A stretch of DNA of 64,000 nt, from the NCBI GenBank assembly GCA_964016885.1, contig OZ024751.1, positions 44,640,001 through 44,704,000 on the forward strand. Direction: 5' to 3'. Shown piece by piece: positions 1 to 14,024 of this stretch. The translations under genes and the position numbers were made by a program. The notes under the pieces were generated by a model. The model saw only the letters and a program-made list of their open reading frames with translations, had not been told where the DNA came from and made no database searches. Numbering within the stretch: position 1 is the stretch's first letter; each line of letters opens with the position of its first letter. This stretch comes from Eledone cirrhosa. Lineage: Eukaryota.

Positions 1-61
1 TATATATATATGTGTGTATACAGACACAAATATATATATACATATATACATACATATATAT

Positions 62-114
<53 letters not shown>

Positions 115-132
115 ATATATATATATATATAT

Positions 133-211
<79 letters not shown>

Positions 212-572
212 TTGTATATATATATATATATATACAATATATATACATATGAGGGAGACCTATGTAGTCGATTATGATATAATGTTCATAGCGAAAGACG
301 TCAAAGGTAATTAATGAATTAGGCAGTGTCACGTGACACAGTGAAATGTACCTCCAATAAAGGGGTCGGGTTTGTGGTGTTTCTAAAGTCACATGTTCAT
401 CATTGTAAACAACAGCTACTGCAATGGGTGCAGTAATTACAACTGCAGCGAATGCAACAATTGAAACGGATGACACAATTGCAGCAAGAGGTGCAGTAAT
501 TGCAGCGAATGCCACGATTGCAGCAAAAAATATCGCCGCCGTCATCATCTACATTATAATCTCTAGAAGGCT

Positions 573-795
573 GTCATCATCATCAGCGTCATCATCATCA
601 GCGTCATCATCATCGTCCTCATCGTCCTCATCGTCATCATCGTCATCGTCATCGTCATCGTCCTCATCGTCGTCATCGTCATCATCGTCATCGTCATCGT
701 CATCGTCATCAACATCAACATCATCGTCATCATCGTCATCGTCATCATCGTCGTCATCGTCATCATCGTCATCGTCATCATCGTCGTCATCGTCA

Positions 796-842
<47 letters not shown>

Positions 843-1086
843 AACATCAACATCATCATCGTCATCATCATCATCGTCATCGTCATCGTCCTCATCGTCG
901 TCATCGTCATCATCGTCATCGTCCTCATCGTCGTCATCGTCATCATCATCATCGTCATCATCATCGTCGTCATCGTCATGATCGTCATCATCATCATCGT
1001 CATCGTCATCGTCATCAACATCGTCATCGTCATCGTCCTCATCGTCGTCATCGTCATCGTCATCATCGTCATCATCGTCGTCATCG

Positions 1087-1117
<31 letters not shown>

Positions 1118-1316
1118 TATCATACAGCAAGAGGTGCAGTAATTGCAGCAAAAAATATCACCGCCGTCATCATCATTATTATTATAATCTCTATAAGGCC
1201 ATCATCATCATCAGCATCATGATCATCATGATCATCGTCGTCGCCATCATCATCATCATCGTCATCGTCATCATCGCCATCGTCATCATCGTCATCATTC
1301 ATTATCATCATCATCA
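573..1316. repeat. (TCA/TCG)n trinucleotide arrays within a locally duplicated context
   Basis: Direct inspection; the lead-in CAGCAAAAAATATCRCCGCCGTCATCAT occurs at ~521 and ~1146. Confidence 0.9.
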
Positions 1317-1417
1317 GCCACTGCAACTGCTGCAACCGCCATGTCAAAATGTAGTGCCATGTAATGTAACTGCGTCTGCAGTAAAACGAACAGCAGATAC
1401 GAACAAGGATAGCCAGG

Positions 1418-2135
1418 CAACAACAACTGCAACAACTGCAACAACTGCAACAAAAACAACTGTAGCAACAACAACAGCAACAACTGCAGCAACAACAACA
1501 GCAACAACTGCAGCAACAACAACTGTAGCAACAACAACAGCAACAACTGCAGCAACAATAACTGTAGCAACAACAACAGCAACAACAACTGTAGCAACAA
1601 CAACAGCAACAACTGCAGCAACAACAACTGTAGCAACAACAACAGCAACAACTGCAACAACAACAACAACAACAACTGTAGCAACAACAACAGCAACAAA
1701 AACTGTAGCAACAACAACTGTAGCAACAACAACAGCAACAACTGCAGCAACAACTGTAGCAACAACAACAGCAACAACAACTGTAGCAACAACAACAGCA
1801 ACAACTGCAGCAACAACAACTGTAGCAACAACAACAGCAACAACTGCAGCAACAACAACTGTAGCAACAACAACAGCAACAACTGCAACACCAACAACTG
1901 CAGCAACAACAGCAACAACAGCAACAATTGCAACAACAACAACTGTAGCAACAACAACAACAACAACTGCAGCAACAACAACTGCAGCAACAGCAGAAAC
2001 AACAGCAACAACTGTAGCAACAACAACTGCAGCAACAACAACTGCAGCAACAACAGCAACAACTGCAACAACAACAACAGCAACAACAACTGCAGCAACA
2101 GCAGAAACAACGACAACAGCACCAACAACAACAGC

Positions 2136-2185
<50 letters not shown>

Positions 2186-2186
2186 C
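1418..2186. repeat. (ACA/GCA/ACT)n cryptic trinucleotide array; similar array at 9240-9745
   Basis: Direct inspection. Confidence 0.9.
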
Positions 2187-2320
2187 GTCTTAAACAGACT
2201 CAGCATTGCCAATGTCTGCGTTCCTTGAACTCTCATTGGTTTTATACCCCTTTGATGTCTCTGTATAATTAACATGTGGAAAGTCACTAGATGTAGGTAT
2301 GGTGTGGTCCCGAAACTCAC

Positions 2321-2423
2321 CGCGGAGTCGTTCGGGCGTCGTATGGGCGTAGAGCGTTTCTTGTTGGACATTCTAAGCTGGCTGCGCCCATCTTTGTGTA
2401 GATCCGAATACAGCGCATTTCTT
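2321..2423 (-). CDS. Candidate internal exon of an unidentified host gene
   Basis: Pyrimidine-rich acceptor TTCTTTCACTTTATCATTCTCTAG, donor GCG|GTGAGT, GC-richer unique sequence, two frames open. Confidence 0.4.
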
Positions 2424-2833
2424 CTAGAGAATGATAAAGTGAAAGAATGGCAGTACGAAAGAGATAGAGAGGAAGAATTGTACCCCAGTACTAAACTGGT
2501 ACTTTGCATTATCAACCACGAAAGGATGAAAGGCAAAGTTGGTCTCGACGAGATTTGAACTCAGAGAGCAGAGAACCGGAACAAATACCACAAGGTATTG
2601 TATTCGACATTCTAACGATTTTACCAATTCGCCGTCTTTTAACAGTAATATACTAGGGTCAATTAAAATAAAGATTTTTACACTCCAACACCAGCGCACG
2701 CCTCCCCCTACCACCACCACCACCACCACCACAACCACCAATACAGACATTACATCTTATAGCGTAAGCAGCTATTGAGAATTATAAATATGTTGAATGG
2801 CTTATGGGTTTCATTCATTATTTTGTTTTTAAT

Positions 2834-3079
2834 GGTAGTGGATTGACAGTGTCGGTGGAGGTTCGGACGCCATACTTTGTAGTACAGAGTTACGGTCCTT
2901 TACGTTGGTAGAGTATAGGCATCTTTATTACATATTGACATTAGTTTATGGCCCTTGCCATTCTGAGTTCAAATCCCACCGAGGTTAACTTTGCCTTTCA
3001 TCCTTATGGGGTCGATAAAATAAAGTACCAGTAATGAACTGGTATAATTGCTGGCCTTGTGCCAAAAGTAGAAACAATT
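2834..3079 (+). mobile_element. tRNA-derived SINE family 1 with internal insertion
   Basis: Same head, body and tail, with ~50 bp extra at ~2900-2950. An older copy lies at ~2481-2640 (minus). Confidence 0.8.
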
Positions 3080-3393
3080 TTTTTTTTCAAAGAAAAACAG
3101 CTTTTGTTTTGAGTATATAATACAAAGTGAACAACAATTAAGTTAGTTCAGTCTCATAAACATATAGATCAGTTAAAAACAAAAAAGCAGTATGGTCAAT
3201 GAGATTCGTGAGTAACAATGTCTGTTATTGATTTGCCGCCGCCAAGCATGGGTGACAGTGAATGAGATATAGTCACCGTTGATAGGCACATATTTCTATA
3301 TTCTTAGGTAGGATTCCTAGCATGCGAATATATACTGTCACACTCAGATACACATAGGTATGTATACAAAATATTACCTAGATTACAAAACAA

Positions 3394-3429
<36 letters not shown>

Positions 3430-3437
3430 CACATACG

Positions 3438-3511
<74 letters not shown>

Positions 3512-3554
3512 GAGAGTAAAACAAAGAATCCTTTAATACATCAAAAGTTTTTAT

Positions 3555-3597
3555 TAGCCGACAATGTTTCGTCCTATTAAGGACTCATCAGGGCAAT
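3555..3597 (-). ncRNA. Minimal type I hammerhead ribozyme
   Basis: Minus strand GCC CTGATGA GTCC ttaata GGAC GAA AC att GT C GGC: canonical core, 4-bp stem II, short stem III, GUC cleavage triplet. Confidence 0.85.
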
Positions 3598-5543
3598 CAA
3601 AACAACAAGAGGTAATATCGGCAGATACAAGCCAGAAACTCTGAAGAATATGGAGTGTACATACACTAATGTCTTACAAAGATATATGATAATAAAAATG
3701 AAAATAAAGATAAAAATAATAAAAATATATAATAAGAATAACTAAGGATGTAGATAACATTAAGAACCATATTACAAATATAGTCCAAAGCAACCAACCT
3801 AAATCTAAACAAATTTGGTTATATAGAGCAGGAATTATATATAACACAATATAATACATTATAATAATAATATACTTTTACCAACATTAAAATTCCAAAT
3901 TAAAAATCAAAAGGTACAATATATACATGTATATATGTGCGCACACACACACACACACATATATAACAACACACATATCTATGTTCGACTACACAGAAAT
4001 TAAGCCCTATTAGAAGTTTGAATATTAAAAATAAGCATGGTAATAGTGAAAATAATACTAATACATCTACCCAATATACATGAGGCAATAATATGATATA
4101 ATTACAAGAAACACATATAACAAATAATAAACAACAAAATTATATAATTCAATATAATATAATAAAATAGATAATCCCCGGTTAATTTACAGAAACAATA
4201 TAGATGTCACAATGAAATACAATGATAAAATGTTAACAGTGTATTAACATGTACCATAAACAATATATACAAATTGATTCATACTGGGTTACAGAATAAA
4301 TGAGGAAATATAAATCATATAATACTAAAAAAAAACTATAATGGTACAGGGAAAAATTATGATGTTACAGAAAAAATATGATGTTACAGAAAAAATATAC
4401 AGATATCTAACATGATATCTAAAGTCTAAATATCATAATGTTACATATTACAATATTAAAAAAACCCAGACATCTTACATGATATATAAAGTTTAAATAT
4501 CATAATGTTACATATAATGAACAGTAAGTAATAAGGATCTATATTACATACAATATAATATAATATATTTTAAAATTGGCATAAAATATATAAATACTTA
4601 TAATTACAAGGTTAGTAGACAGACATATGTGGATGAGTGAGCGAATCCAGACAGTGAATAGTAAATAGAATATAGAATAAAACAAATAAATACAATCAAC
4701 CGGAAATTACAAAACAAAAGCAAATGTATACACATTTAGGCCTCGCGTGCATTTAAGAAATTAGGTAAACACCAAGGAAAGCAATCATTTTAAATGACTC
4801 CAAACCCTATTTGATAAATTAATATTAAAAATATCGAACCCGTCCAATAAGGTAGTATAATATTAGCTGTAGTTTAAGTCATTAAAGTATATAAACTTTA
4901 ATGTATCGTTACAAATGTTTACAAAAAGGAATAAAACTATACTATCATATACGCAACGATATCTAAAAAACTGACTTAAGTAGAGTTAAGGTAGGCTAAT
5001 GGGGACAGAATTAACGAAATATATGGAGGCTGCGAAGTGGCATAAAATATATTCGATATACTATAATAAATAATAGAACGGAGCATAAAAGAGGGGGGGT
5101 TAAATATAATCATATTCAATCTGGAGGGGTTGACAATAAGTTTATGTGCACATGGGGGGAGGGGGAGGGAGGGGGGTTGTCGATAGATAAATCAGAATAG
5201 ACTTAGAAATAAAAATAAAAATAAAAATAGAATTAAAAATAAAAATAAAACTAAAATTAAAATTAAAGTTAATAATAAAAAAATATAAAGATAATAATAG
5301 AATAACGTAGGTGGCGTAAAGTGTGTAATATTATGTATACTAACAAGGTGTAATAGTGAAGACATAGATATGGTACAGTAGCCAAATGATTATGAGAGCT
5401 AGAATGAAGAGTCATCAAAAACCAATGATAACATTAATGTTGGCAAACAAAAGAACCCAAACAAAAAACTAATAATGGAATATATCTGCTAATGGGTACA
5501 ATTTGTACTACTAGAACATTTGGGTTTATAATAAAAATAAGAA

Positions 5544-5818
5544 TTAGAAATGGCATGGGGGCAAGAAGAGAATATCTCAGACTTTCTATTCAGTAAGGGT
5601 ACGCTAGAGAAAATAATAGAGTGTGTCTCAAGTATACAGAGATTACAAAACTTACTATGTGCAGAAAGGTGGTTAGATCGTGCTACTAAACTCCAGTTAA
5701 GGCTATATGATATATAAGCTCCCTTAAGATCCCAGATATAATGCGCTAGAGAGGTAGAATTCTTAAACCTAACATGTTTGAAGTTAGAGATATGAGAGTT
5801 AAACCTAGTCTTAAAAGT
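5544..5818 (-). pseudogene. GIY-YIG endonuclease C-terminal remnant of a Naiad-like PLE
   Basis: Hand translation TFKTRFNSHISNFKHVRFKNSTSLAHYIWDLK...LNWSLVARS...CNLCILE, a frameshift, then LLNRKSEIFSSCPH. Clearly homologous to the end of the 709-aa ORF (FKQRLYMH...TSLSAYIWSLK...CDLCAAE...LNKKSEAISACKH). Confidence 0.85.
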
Positions 5819-6481
5819 GTTATATTATATTGAATTATATAATTATTGAATTATATAGTTATATTATATTGAATTATATTATATTGAATTATATAATTTT
5901 GTTGTTTATTATTTGTTATATGTGTTTCTTGTAATTATATCATATTATTGCCTCATGTATATTGGGTAGATGTATTAGTATTATTTTCACTATTACCATG
6001 CTTATTTTTAATATTCAAACTTCTAATAGGGCTTAATTTCTGTGTAGTCGAACATAGATATGTGTGTTGTTATATATGTGTGTGTGTGTGTGTGCGCACA
6101 TATATACATGTATATATTGTACCTTTTGATTTTTAATTTGGAATTTTAATGTTGGTAAAAGTATATTATTATTATAATGTATTATATTGTGTTATATATA
6201 ATTCCTGCTCTATATAACCAAATTTGTTTAGATTTAGGTTGGTTGCTTTGGACTATATTTGTAATATGGTTCTTAATGTTATCTACATCCTTAGTTATTT
6301 TTTTATTATTTTTATCTTTATTTTCATTTTTATTATCATATATCTTTTGATGTATTAAAGGATTCTTTGTTTTACTCTCTTAATTTTTTGGCTCTGTTTA
6401 ACTGCATTGAGCTATACCTTTTACTGTCATTTCTATAATACGAAGAGGGTGTTTGATTCAAACACGCTCCGGTATTCTAAT

Positions 6482-6550
<69 letters not shown>

Positions 6551-6558
6551 ATCACACA

Positions 6559-6642
<84 letters not shown>

Positions 6643-6650
6643 ATCACACA

Positions 6651-6743
<93 letters not shown>

Positions 6744-7040
6744 TTCAAGAGTAACCAATCTTAAAGAGAGAGATGGAGATAGGAGAGGAGATAGGAGAGG
6801 AGAGATTGGTGAATTAGTTAGAAGCCAAAGCGTAAAGGCATGTGCTCAGTGTGCAATATGCAGTAGAAAGCAGCTAGGTGGCTGGGTTCATGCAGAAGTT
6901 AGGTGCGCAGAGCTGGAAATATTCATTAGTTAAGCAAAACAAGACCACAAATTTCACAAGGAAGACATTATTAAAAGATTGCCAACATATTTTAGTTTGA
7001 TGTAAGGAATGTAGAGAATAATAATAATAATATTAATAAT

Positions 7041-7224
7041 AATTGTTTCTACTTTAGGCACAAGGCCAGCAATTACTCAGTGCATTACTGGTACTTTATT
7101 TTATCGACCCCGTAAGGATGAAAGATAAAGTCAACCTCGGCGGGATTTGAACTCAAATCATAAAGGGACGTAACTATGCTGGAAAGCATGGCATCCGGCC
7201 CTCTACCTATACTGCCAATCCAAG
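7041..7224 (-). mobile_element. tRNA-derived SINE family 1
   Basis: GACCCCGTAAGGATGAAAG...GGGATTTGAACTC. Confidence 0.85.
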
Positions 7225-7414
7225 TCCGTTTACAATTGTTTCGCTACTCCATATAATATTTCTGGATCAGATGACTATATATCATTATTGATTTGTTCAG
7301 TTGAAAATAATTAACATATTTAAAAACAGAGCGGCTCATCGGAACTTCAAAGGAATATAAATTAAAGTAAGGAGAGAATGTTACATAATGTAGTGTTCCA
7401 TATATATATATATA

Positions 7415-7549
7415 TAACAAAGGAATTGTGGTAAGGAAGCAGATGGACCATAACGCACCAGAGTACTCAATATTTAGGGTAGTAGAGTGGGAAATAGGAA
7501 AAAGTATGACCTCGACGGCAGAGCTCAAGCCGTCGGGGTTATATTTTTT

Positions 7550-7553
<4 letters not shown>
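7415..7553 (-). mobile_element. Family A element folding back at the stem III hairpin
   Basis: GGAAAAAGTATGACCTCGACGGC agagctcaa GCCGTCGGGGTTATATTTTTTCC; (TA)n flanks. Confidence 0.75.
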
Positions 7554-7597
<44 letters not shown>

Positions 7598-8070
7598 CTC
7601 ATACATATACATATATCTATATAATCACTTACACACATCAAGTGACAACTAAACATAACGGTGTTCAAGACAACACCAACAGCAGCAGCAATAGTAGTAG
7701 CAGTAGTAGCAGTAGTAGCAGTAGCAGTAGCAGCAGTAGCAGCAGCAGCAGCAATACAAATGTAAGCATTGACTTACTTCCAAGGATAAACTCATTCCCA
7801 TGTGTCTTTTCTTATCTATTTTACTGTTTACAACATCGTGTGATAGTTATCTGCATATATACAGTGTCTGGCTTACTTCTGTGGTTTAGATATTGTAAGA
7901 GAGGTGCGGTGGGAGGGGGGGGGATTGAGGTGAAATGTTAGACTCGAGAACAAAACTGCACCAGACGTTAGTCGATTGCAAATAAACAATAAATAGAGAG
8001 AGGGGGGAGATAGAGAGGGGGAGAGAGAGAGTGTGAGAGAGAGAGAGGAGGGAGAGAGAGAAAAAGAGAG

Positions 8071-8125
<55 letters not shown>

Positions 8126-10415
8126 ATCATTGTATATGAGACAGTGTGAGTGTGAGAGAGAGTGAAGGTAAATGTATGAGTTTATGATGTTGTATAAGAG
8201 CAAAGAACTATTTGTGAAAGTCTTGCTAATGTCCGTTCTCTGTATGTATGTATGGCCTTCCAAAATCACCGGGAGAGATGACCCTTAGCCTTTGTCAAGA
8301 CAGAATTCCAGGAGAAGGAAAACTCTGATATAACACCTGCAACTCTGATGGTATCCAATGATGTTGACTTGTTCTTCTTTTTGGTAAATATCATCTTGGT
8401 TAAGAGAGTGGGACTGGCTTTGTGCAGTGCCTTTACTCACTATAAAAGCTTCACGGCACAGGTATTGCTTTATATCTGGAGATCTCTCTGCACTTGTCGT
8501 CACATGGTACCATGGGCCCAGCACTATGTGTCAATAATTGTCACAAGTGTAATGTTTGTACCAGAGTTTTCAAGTTGCTGGCTGGACTAAAAAGCCACAC
8601 TCGTTCAGCGCATCGGTAGGGGTACTTCTACATGGATATAAAGTAGTGGCCGTACTCGAAAACGAGTTGGCAGCCACCATGTATGTATGTATGTATGTAC
8701 ATATGTCCTTCACTCCCAGTGGTTTAACCACGCGATCGGGTGTCCAGCCCAACTATTACATCCATATGTACATGTGTATATACATATTTACACACTTTTG
8801 GATAGCCGTTGACTCTTATGAGTTCTTCGCCCTTTGTCAGGGCATTCTTCTAGGAGAAGGCAACTCAGGAAATTGGGATAACTCCGATATAAAACCTGCG
8901 GCTCAGTAGTTACCGATGATGTTGATCTTTTCTTCTTTTCGGGTTATAACTACTGTCGTTCAGAGAGTGGGATTTGCTCAGTGCACAGTCGTCTTTCCTC
9001 ACTTTAAAAAGTATCTTCACGCACAGGCATTGCTCGATAGAATTAATTAATAATTATTAATAATGGTATATCGTACAATGGCCATACTCGATAACGAGGG
9101 GGCAGCCATCATGTATCTATGTATGTATATATGTCTGTATGTATGTACGTATGTATGTATGTATGTATGGACATATATATGCATGTATGCACATATATAT
9201 ATGCATATATATACATAGATATATAAAATTATATAATTGCAATAGCAATAACAACAACAATAACAACACCAATAAAAACAGTGGCAATAACAGCAGTAGC
9301 AACAACAATAACCACAGCAACAGAACCAGCTGCAATAACAGCAACAATAACAACGATTACAACAGCCACAAAACAGCAACAATAGCGACAACAGCAACAA
9401 AAACAGCAGCAATAACAGCAACAATAACAACAATAGCAACAGCCACAAAAACAGCAGCAATAGCGACAACACCAACAACAACAATAGCAACAACAACAGC
9501 AGCAGCAAAAAAGCAACAACAATAGATTTAACAACAACAGCATCAACAACAAAAGTGTCAACAGCAACAACATTAACAACAGCAACAAAAACAGCATCGA
9601 AATCAACAGCAGCAACAGCAACAATAACTACAACAACAACAAAAGCAATAACAACAACAGCATCAACAACAAAATTGTCAATAGCACCAACATTAACAAC
9701 AACAGGAATAACAACAGGAACAAAAAATAGCAGCAATAACAACAAGGCATGGTCGTTTGAATTTCAAGTACAACTTGCTTTTGACCATCTTAGCAAATGT
9801 GAAAGTATTTTGCTCAAAAGAAACTGTCTTGATGAAGGACATAAATTCAAACTCGATTGAGAGCCTAATACTCTAACCACTAAGCCCACTGTGTTTATGG
9901 AAAGCACAGCACAAAACGAAAGAGTATATCATAGACTCTGTGTGTGTTCATAATACTGACGGAGAGCAGACATTGTTATTAAAGACTCCAGTATCAAATG
10001 CTTCAACTGCATTATATGTTTATATGTCTGCAGAATATAGACACAGAAACTAGAAAACGACGATGAAAAACTATAAACATAAAAGTAAAGGAATTAAATT
10101 TAAATAAAACCCAATGAAAGCTAGATTAACATATAAATGTTTGTTTATAGATAAGAAGTAAGCGATAAAGAATAAATAAAATATAACCACACTTCCTGTT
10201 GCTCACAAACACTTATTTTACACACAAATATTGGTTGCATAAGAAATCGTCTGCTTTCTTTTTCATCCGTCACATATTTCCGATTCTTTACTCTGTTTCT
10301 CAGCGCCATGTTTACAGATTTGCACACGATTTCTTTATCTTATCAATTATCTTCTCCTCTTTCTCCTCTTTCTCCTCTTTCTCCGTTTTTCTCCGTCTTT
10401 CTCTAACACTTTATA

Positions 10416-10446
<31 letters not shown>

Positions 10447-10451
10447 CATAC

Positions 10452-10500
<49 letters not shown>

Positions 10501-10596
10501 AGCAAAATACTTTAAACGATGATGATGATGATGATGATGATATATATCAGCATTCTAATAAAAGTGTGTATAGATTTTTTGGGGACACCCTGTGTT

Positions 10597-10616
<20 letters not shown>

Positions 10617-10632
<16 letters not shown>

Positions 10633-10954
10633 CGTGTGTGTGTGTATGTTTGTCTCTGTGTGTGTGTGTGTGTGTGTATGTCTGTCTGTGTGTGTGTGTG
10701 TGTGTCTCTGCCTGTGTCTGTGTGTGTGTGTGTCTGTGTGTCTGTCTGTGTCTGTGTGTGTGTGTGTGTATGTGTGTGTGTGTGTCTGTCTCTGTGTGTG
10801 TGTGTGTCTGTGTGTCTGTCTGTGTCTGTGTGTGTGTATGTGTGCGTATATGTCTGTGTGTGTGTGTGTGTGTCTGTCTGTGTCTGTGTGTGTGTGTGTC
10901 TGTATGTCTGTCTGTGTGTGTGTGTGTCTGTCTGTCTGTATATGTGTGTGTGTC

Positions 10955-10985
<31 letters not shown>

Positions 10986-11152
10986 CTGTTGGTCTGTCTG
11001 TCTGTCTGTCTGTCTGTCTGTGTGTGTTTGTGTGTGTCTGTCTGTGTCTGTGTGCCTGTGTGTGTGTGTCTGTCTGTATGTCTGTCTGTGTGTGTGTGTG
11101 TGTGTCTGTCTGTCTGCCTGCCTGTCTGTCTGTCTGTGTGTGTGTGTGTGTG
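10617..11152. repeat. (TG)n/(TCTG)n array
   Basis: Direct inspection. Confidence 0.95.
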
Positions 11153-11413
11153 CGCGCGCATACATATATATATATATATATATAAATATATATGTGTGAG
11201 TGTGTGTTGTGCAATGGGGTTGAAGAATTGGTAGATCATCGGATAAGACGATTTGCAGTATTTAGTTACGACTTTGTAGGTTCTGAGATGAAATCCTAGG
11301 TGAACAAACTTGAGAGTAATGTGAGGGGGGTGAAGGAGAATCCTTACAAATGGCACCCGTCAAGGATATATTGATGGTATCACTCTGTATAGTTTTACAT
11401 GGTAAAACCATGT

Positions 11414-12313
11414 TTCCGCCTAACCAACTCTAACCCTAACATATGTCAATGACCGAACTTCCGCCTAACCAACTCTAACCCAAACATATGTCAATGACCG
11501 AAATTCCGCCTAACCAACTCTAACCCAAACATATGTCAATGACCGAACTTCGGCCTAACCAACTCTAACCCAAACATATGTCAATGACCGAACTTCCGCC
11601 TAACCAACTCTAACCCAAACATATGTCAATGACCGAACTTCCGCCTAACCAACTCTAACCCAAACATATGTCAATGACCGAACTTCCGCCAAACCAACTC
11701 TAACCCAAACATATGTCAATGACCGAACTTCGGCCTAACCAACTCTAACCCAAACATATGTCAATGACCGAACTTCCGCCTAACCAACTCTAACCAAAAC
11801 ATATGTCAATGACCGAACTTCGACCTAACCAACTCTAACCCAAACATATGCCAATGACCGAACTTCCGCCTAACCAACTCTAACCCAAACATATGTCAAT
11901 GACCGAACTTCCGCCTAACCAACTCTAACCCAAACATATGTCAATGACCGAACTTCCGCCTAGCCAACTCTAACCCTAACATATGTCAATGACCGAACTT
12001 CCGCCTAACCAACTCTAACCCAAACATATGTCAATGACCGAACTTCCGCCTAGCCAACTCTAACCCTAACATATGTCAATGACCGAACTTCCGCCTAGCC
12101 AACTCTAACCCAAACATATGTCAATGACCGAACTTCCGCCTAACCAACTCTAACCCAAACATATGTCAATGACCGAACTTCCGCCTAGCCAACTCTAACC
12201 CTAACATATGTCAATGACCGAACTTCCGCCTAACCAACTCTAACCCAAACATATGTCAATGACCGAACTTCCGCCTAACCAACTCTAACCCAAACATATG
12301 TCAATGACCGAAC
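11414..12313. repeat. 45-bp minisatellite, ~20 near-identical copies
   Basis: Unit CCGCCTAACCAACTCTAACCCAAACATATGTCAATGACCGAACTT, head to tail with no spacers. Confidence 0.95.
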
Positions 12314-12470
12314 AATACTAGGACGGTTTAAGAGGGAATTCACCGCTCATCAAATTCAGACAGTCTAAGGTATTCTTCATTTCTAAGGCAATGCCATTAG
12401 ATTTCAGTGAACTGGGCTGCTATTTCTATATGATCGAATCATCGCAAGGTACAAGTGGCAACGTAATTAT

Positions 12471-13022
12471 TGGTAGTGGTGGTGGTAGTTGTGGAAGTGG
12501 TGGTGGTGATGGTAGTGGTAGAGGTGGTGACGGTGGTAGTGGTGGTGGTGGTGGTGGTGGTGGTTGTGATGGTTATGGTGGTGGTGGTGGTTGTGGTGGT
12601 GGTGGTGGTGGTGGTGGTGGTTGTGGTGGAGGTGGTGATGGTGGTGGTAGTGGCGGTGGTGGTGGTGGTAGTTGTGGTGGAGGTGGTGGTAGTTGTGGTG
12701 GAGGTGGTGGTGGTGGTGGTGGTGGTGGTGGTGGAGGTAGTTGTGGTGGTGTAGGTGGTTATGGTGGTGGTGGTAGTGGTTATGGTGGTGGTTGTGGTGG
12801 TGGTGGCGGTGGTTGTGGTGGTGGTAGTTGTGATGCTGGTGGTGGTTGTGGTGGTGGAGGTGGTGATGGTGGTGGTAGTTGTAGTGGTGGTGGCGGTTGT
12901 GGTGGTGGTGGTATGAAAGTCGAAGTAATCTGGTGGTGACAGTGGTGCTAGTGGTGCTGTTGTTAATGTGGTTATTGGTGGTACTGGTGGTACTGGTGGT
13001 GGTGGTGGTGGTGGTGGTGGTA
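12471..13022. repeat. (GGT)n array
   Basis: Direct inspection. Confidence 0.9.
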
Positions 13023-13536
13023 GTGTGATATACATGATGGTGATAGAAGTGGTATGGGGTTAGTGATATGGTGACATGGTTGTATTAGCGGCTGTGATGA
13101 TGGTAGTGGTGATTGGTGGTAGTACGGGAGTGTCGTTTCAGTGATGTGATAGTGGTGGTGTCGCCGGCGATGACCTAATATGGGCGTAATGCTATTTGCT
13201 GGTGCTTCGGTTCACATTGCTATCATCAATACGATTTTTATCAGTGGGGTAGGCGTTAAGTGGATTACACTGGATTCTGCGGCATCGGCGACACATTTGG
13301 GATGATAACATTGATAATAGATAACAAATGTTCGTACGGACTCCCCTTAACACTTGGTGGTGTCATATGGGTACAGTATTGACATACGACATCTCTTGGG
13401 CATTTTCAACATGGTGGAACATAACCGATTTCTGCCAGAAATGGAGACAGAACGAGGAAGTGAAAAATGATATAAAGACTTCGAAAGCATGAAAGGCCAC
13501 TCTGACTGTGTCAATCTGAATTTCACTGAGAATTAT

Positions 13537-13722
13537 ATTGTTTCTACTTCTGATACAAGGCCAGCAATTAACCAGTACATTACTGGTACTTTATTTTATC
13601 GACCCCGTAAGGATGAAAGGCAAAGTTAACCTCGGCGGGATTTGAACTCAGGCCGTAAAGGGACGTAACTATGCTGTAAAGCATGGCGTCCGATCCTCTA
13701 CAGATACTGCCAATCTACAGCC
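13537..13722 (-). mobile_element. tRNA-derived SINE family 1 with TSD
   Basis: Flanking direct repeat CTGAGAATTATATTG. Confidence 0.85.
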
Positions 13723-14024
13723 TCTGAGAATTATATTGCATTGAGGTTACACGTGTCTGTGGAATGCTCAGCTACGTACACGTTAATTTCATGAGGAGGT
13801 TCCTCCGTCGGTTGAACACCCGAAACACTCATAGTCGAAAGCGACGGTGATCCATTCCTTGTCTTTCATACAAAACAAAACTATGACTAATACCTATAAT
13901 AAGTCTGTAAGTGCTGGATTGTAATTTTTTCAACTTTTAACCTAGTGACCCCGTCTTTATAATTCGAAATATTTAGTTTGTTTGTTTGTTTTGCAGTTTC
14001 AATATTTCAGTAAACACCACGTGT

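Larger units (their letters stand above)
3509..6485. mobile_element. 5'-truncated Naiad-like PLE with inverted partial duplication, flanked by (TA)n
   Basis: Minus-strand 3509-5818 carries a GIY-YIG C-terminal remnant, a ~2-kb AT-rich 3' region and an HHR. ~5870-6382 is the reverse complement of ~3509-4160 (identical 62-aa ORFs at 3900-4088 minus and 5948-6136 plus). Confidence 0.85.

Noticed and set aside
1219-2193. Mucin-like Thr/Ala-rich 324-aa ORF
   Set aside because: It is a cryptic ACA/GCA repeat that is also open on the opposite strand, with no convincing splice sites or signal peptide. Cannot be fully excluded without RNA data.
3548-3677. Segment missing from the mirrored arm read as a spliced intron (starts GTAAGA on minus)
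   Set aside because: No AG acceptor at the other end; the CTTT microhomology explains the junction better.
11414-12313. CRISPR array
   Set aside because: Units are contiguous with no unique spacers, there are no cas genes, and the context is eukaryotic.
12391-12939. Gly/Cys-rich structural-protein-like ORF
   Set aside because: A degenerate (GGT)n tract open in multiple frames; the same repeat type occurs non-coding at 18440-20095.
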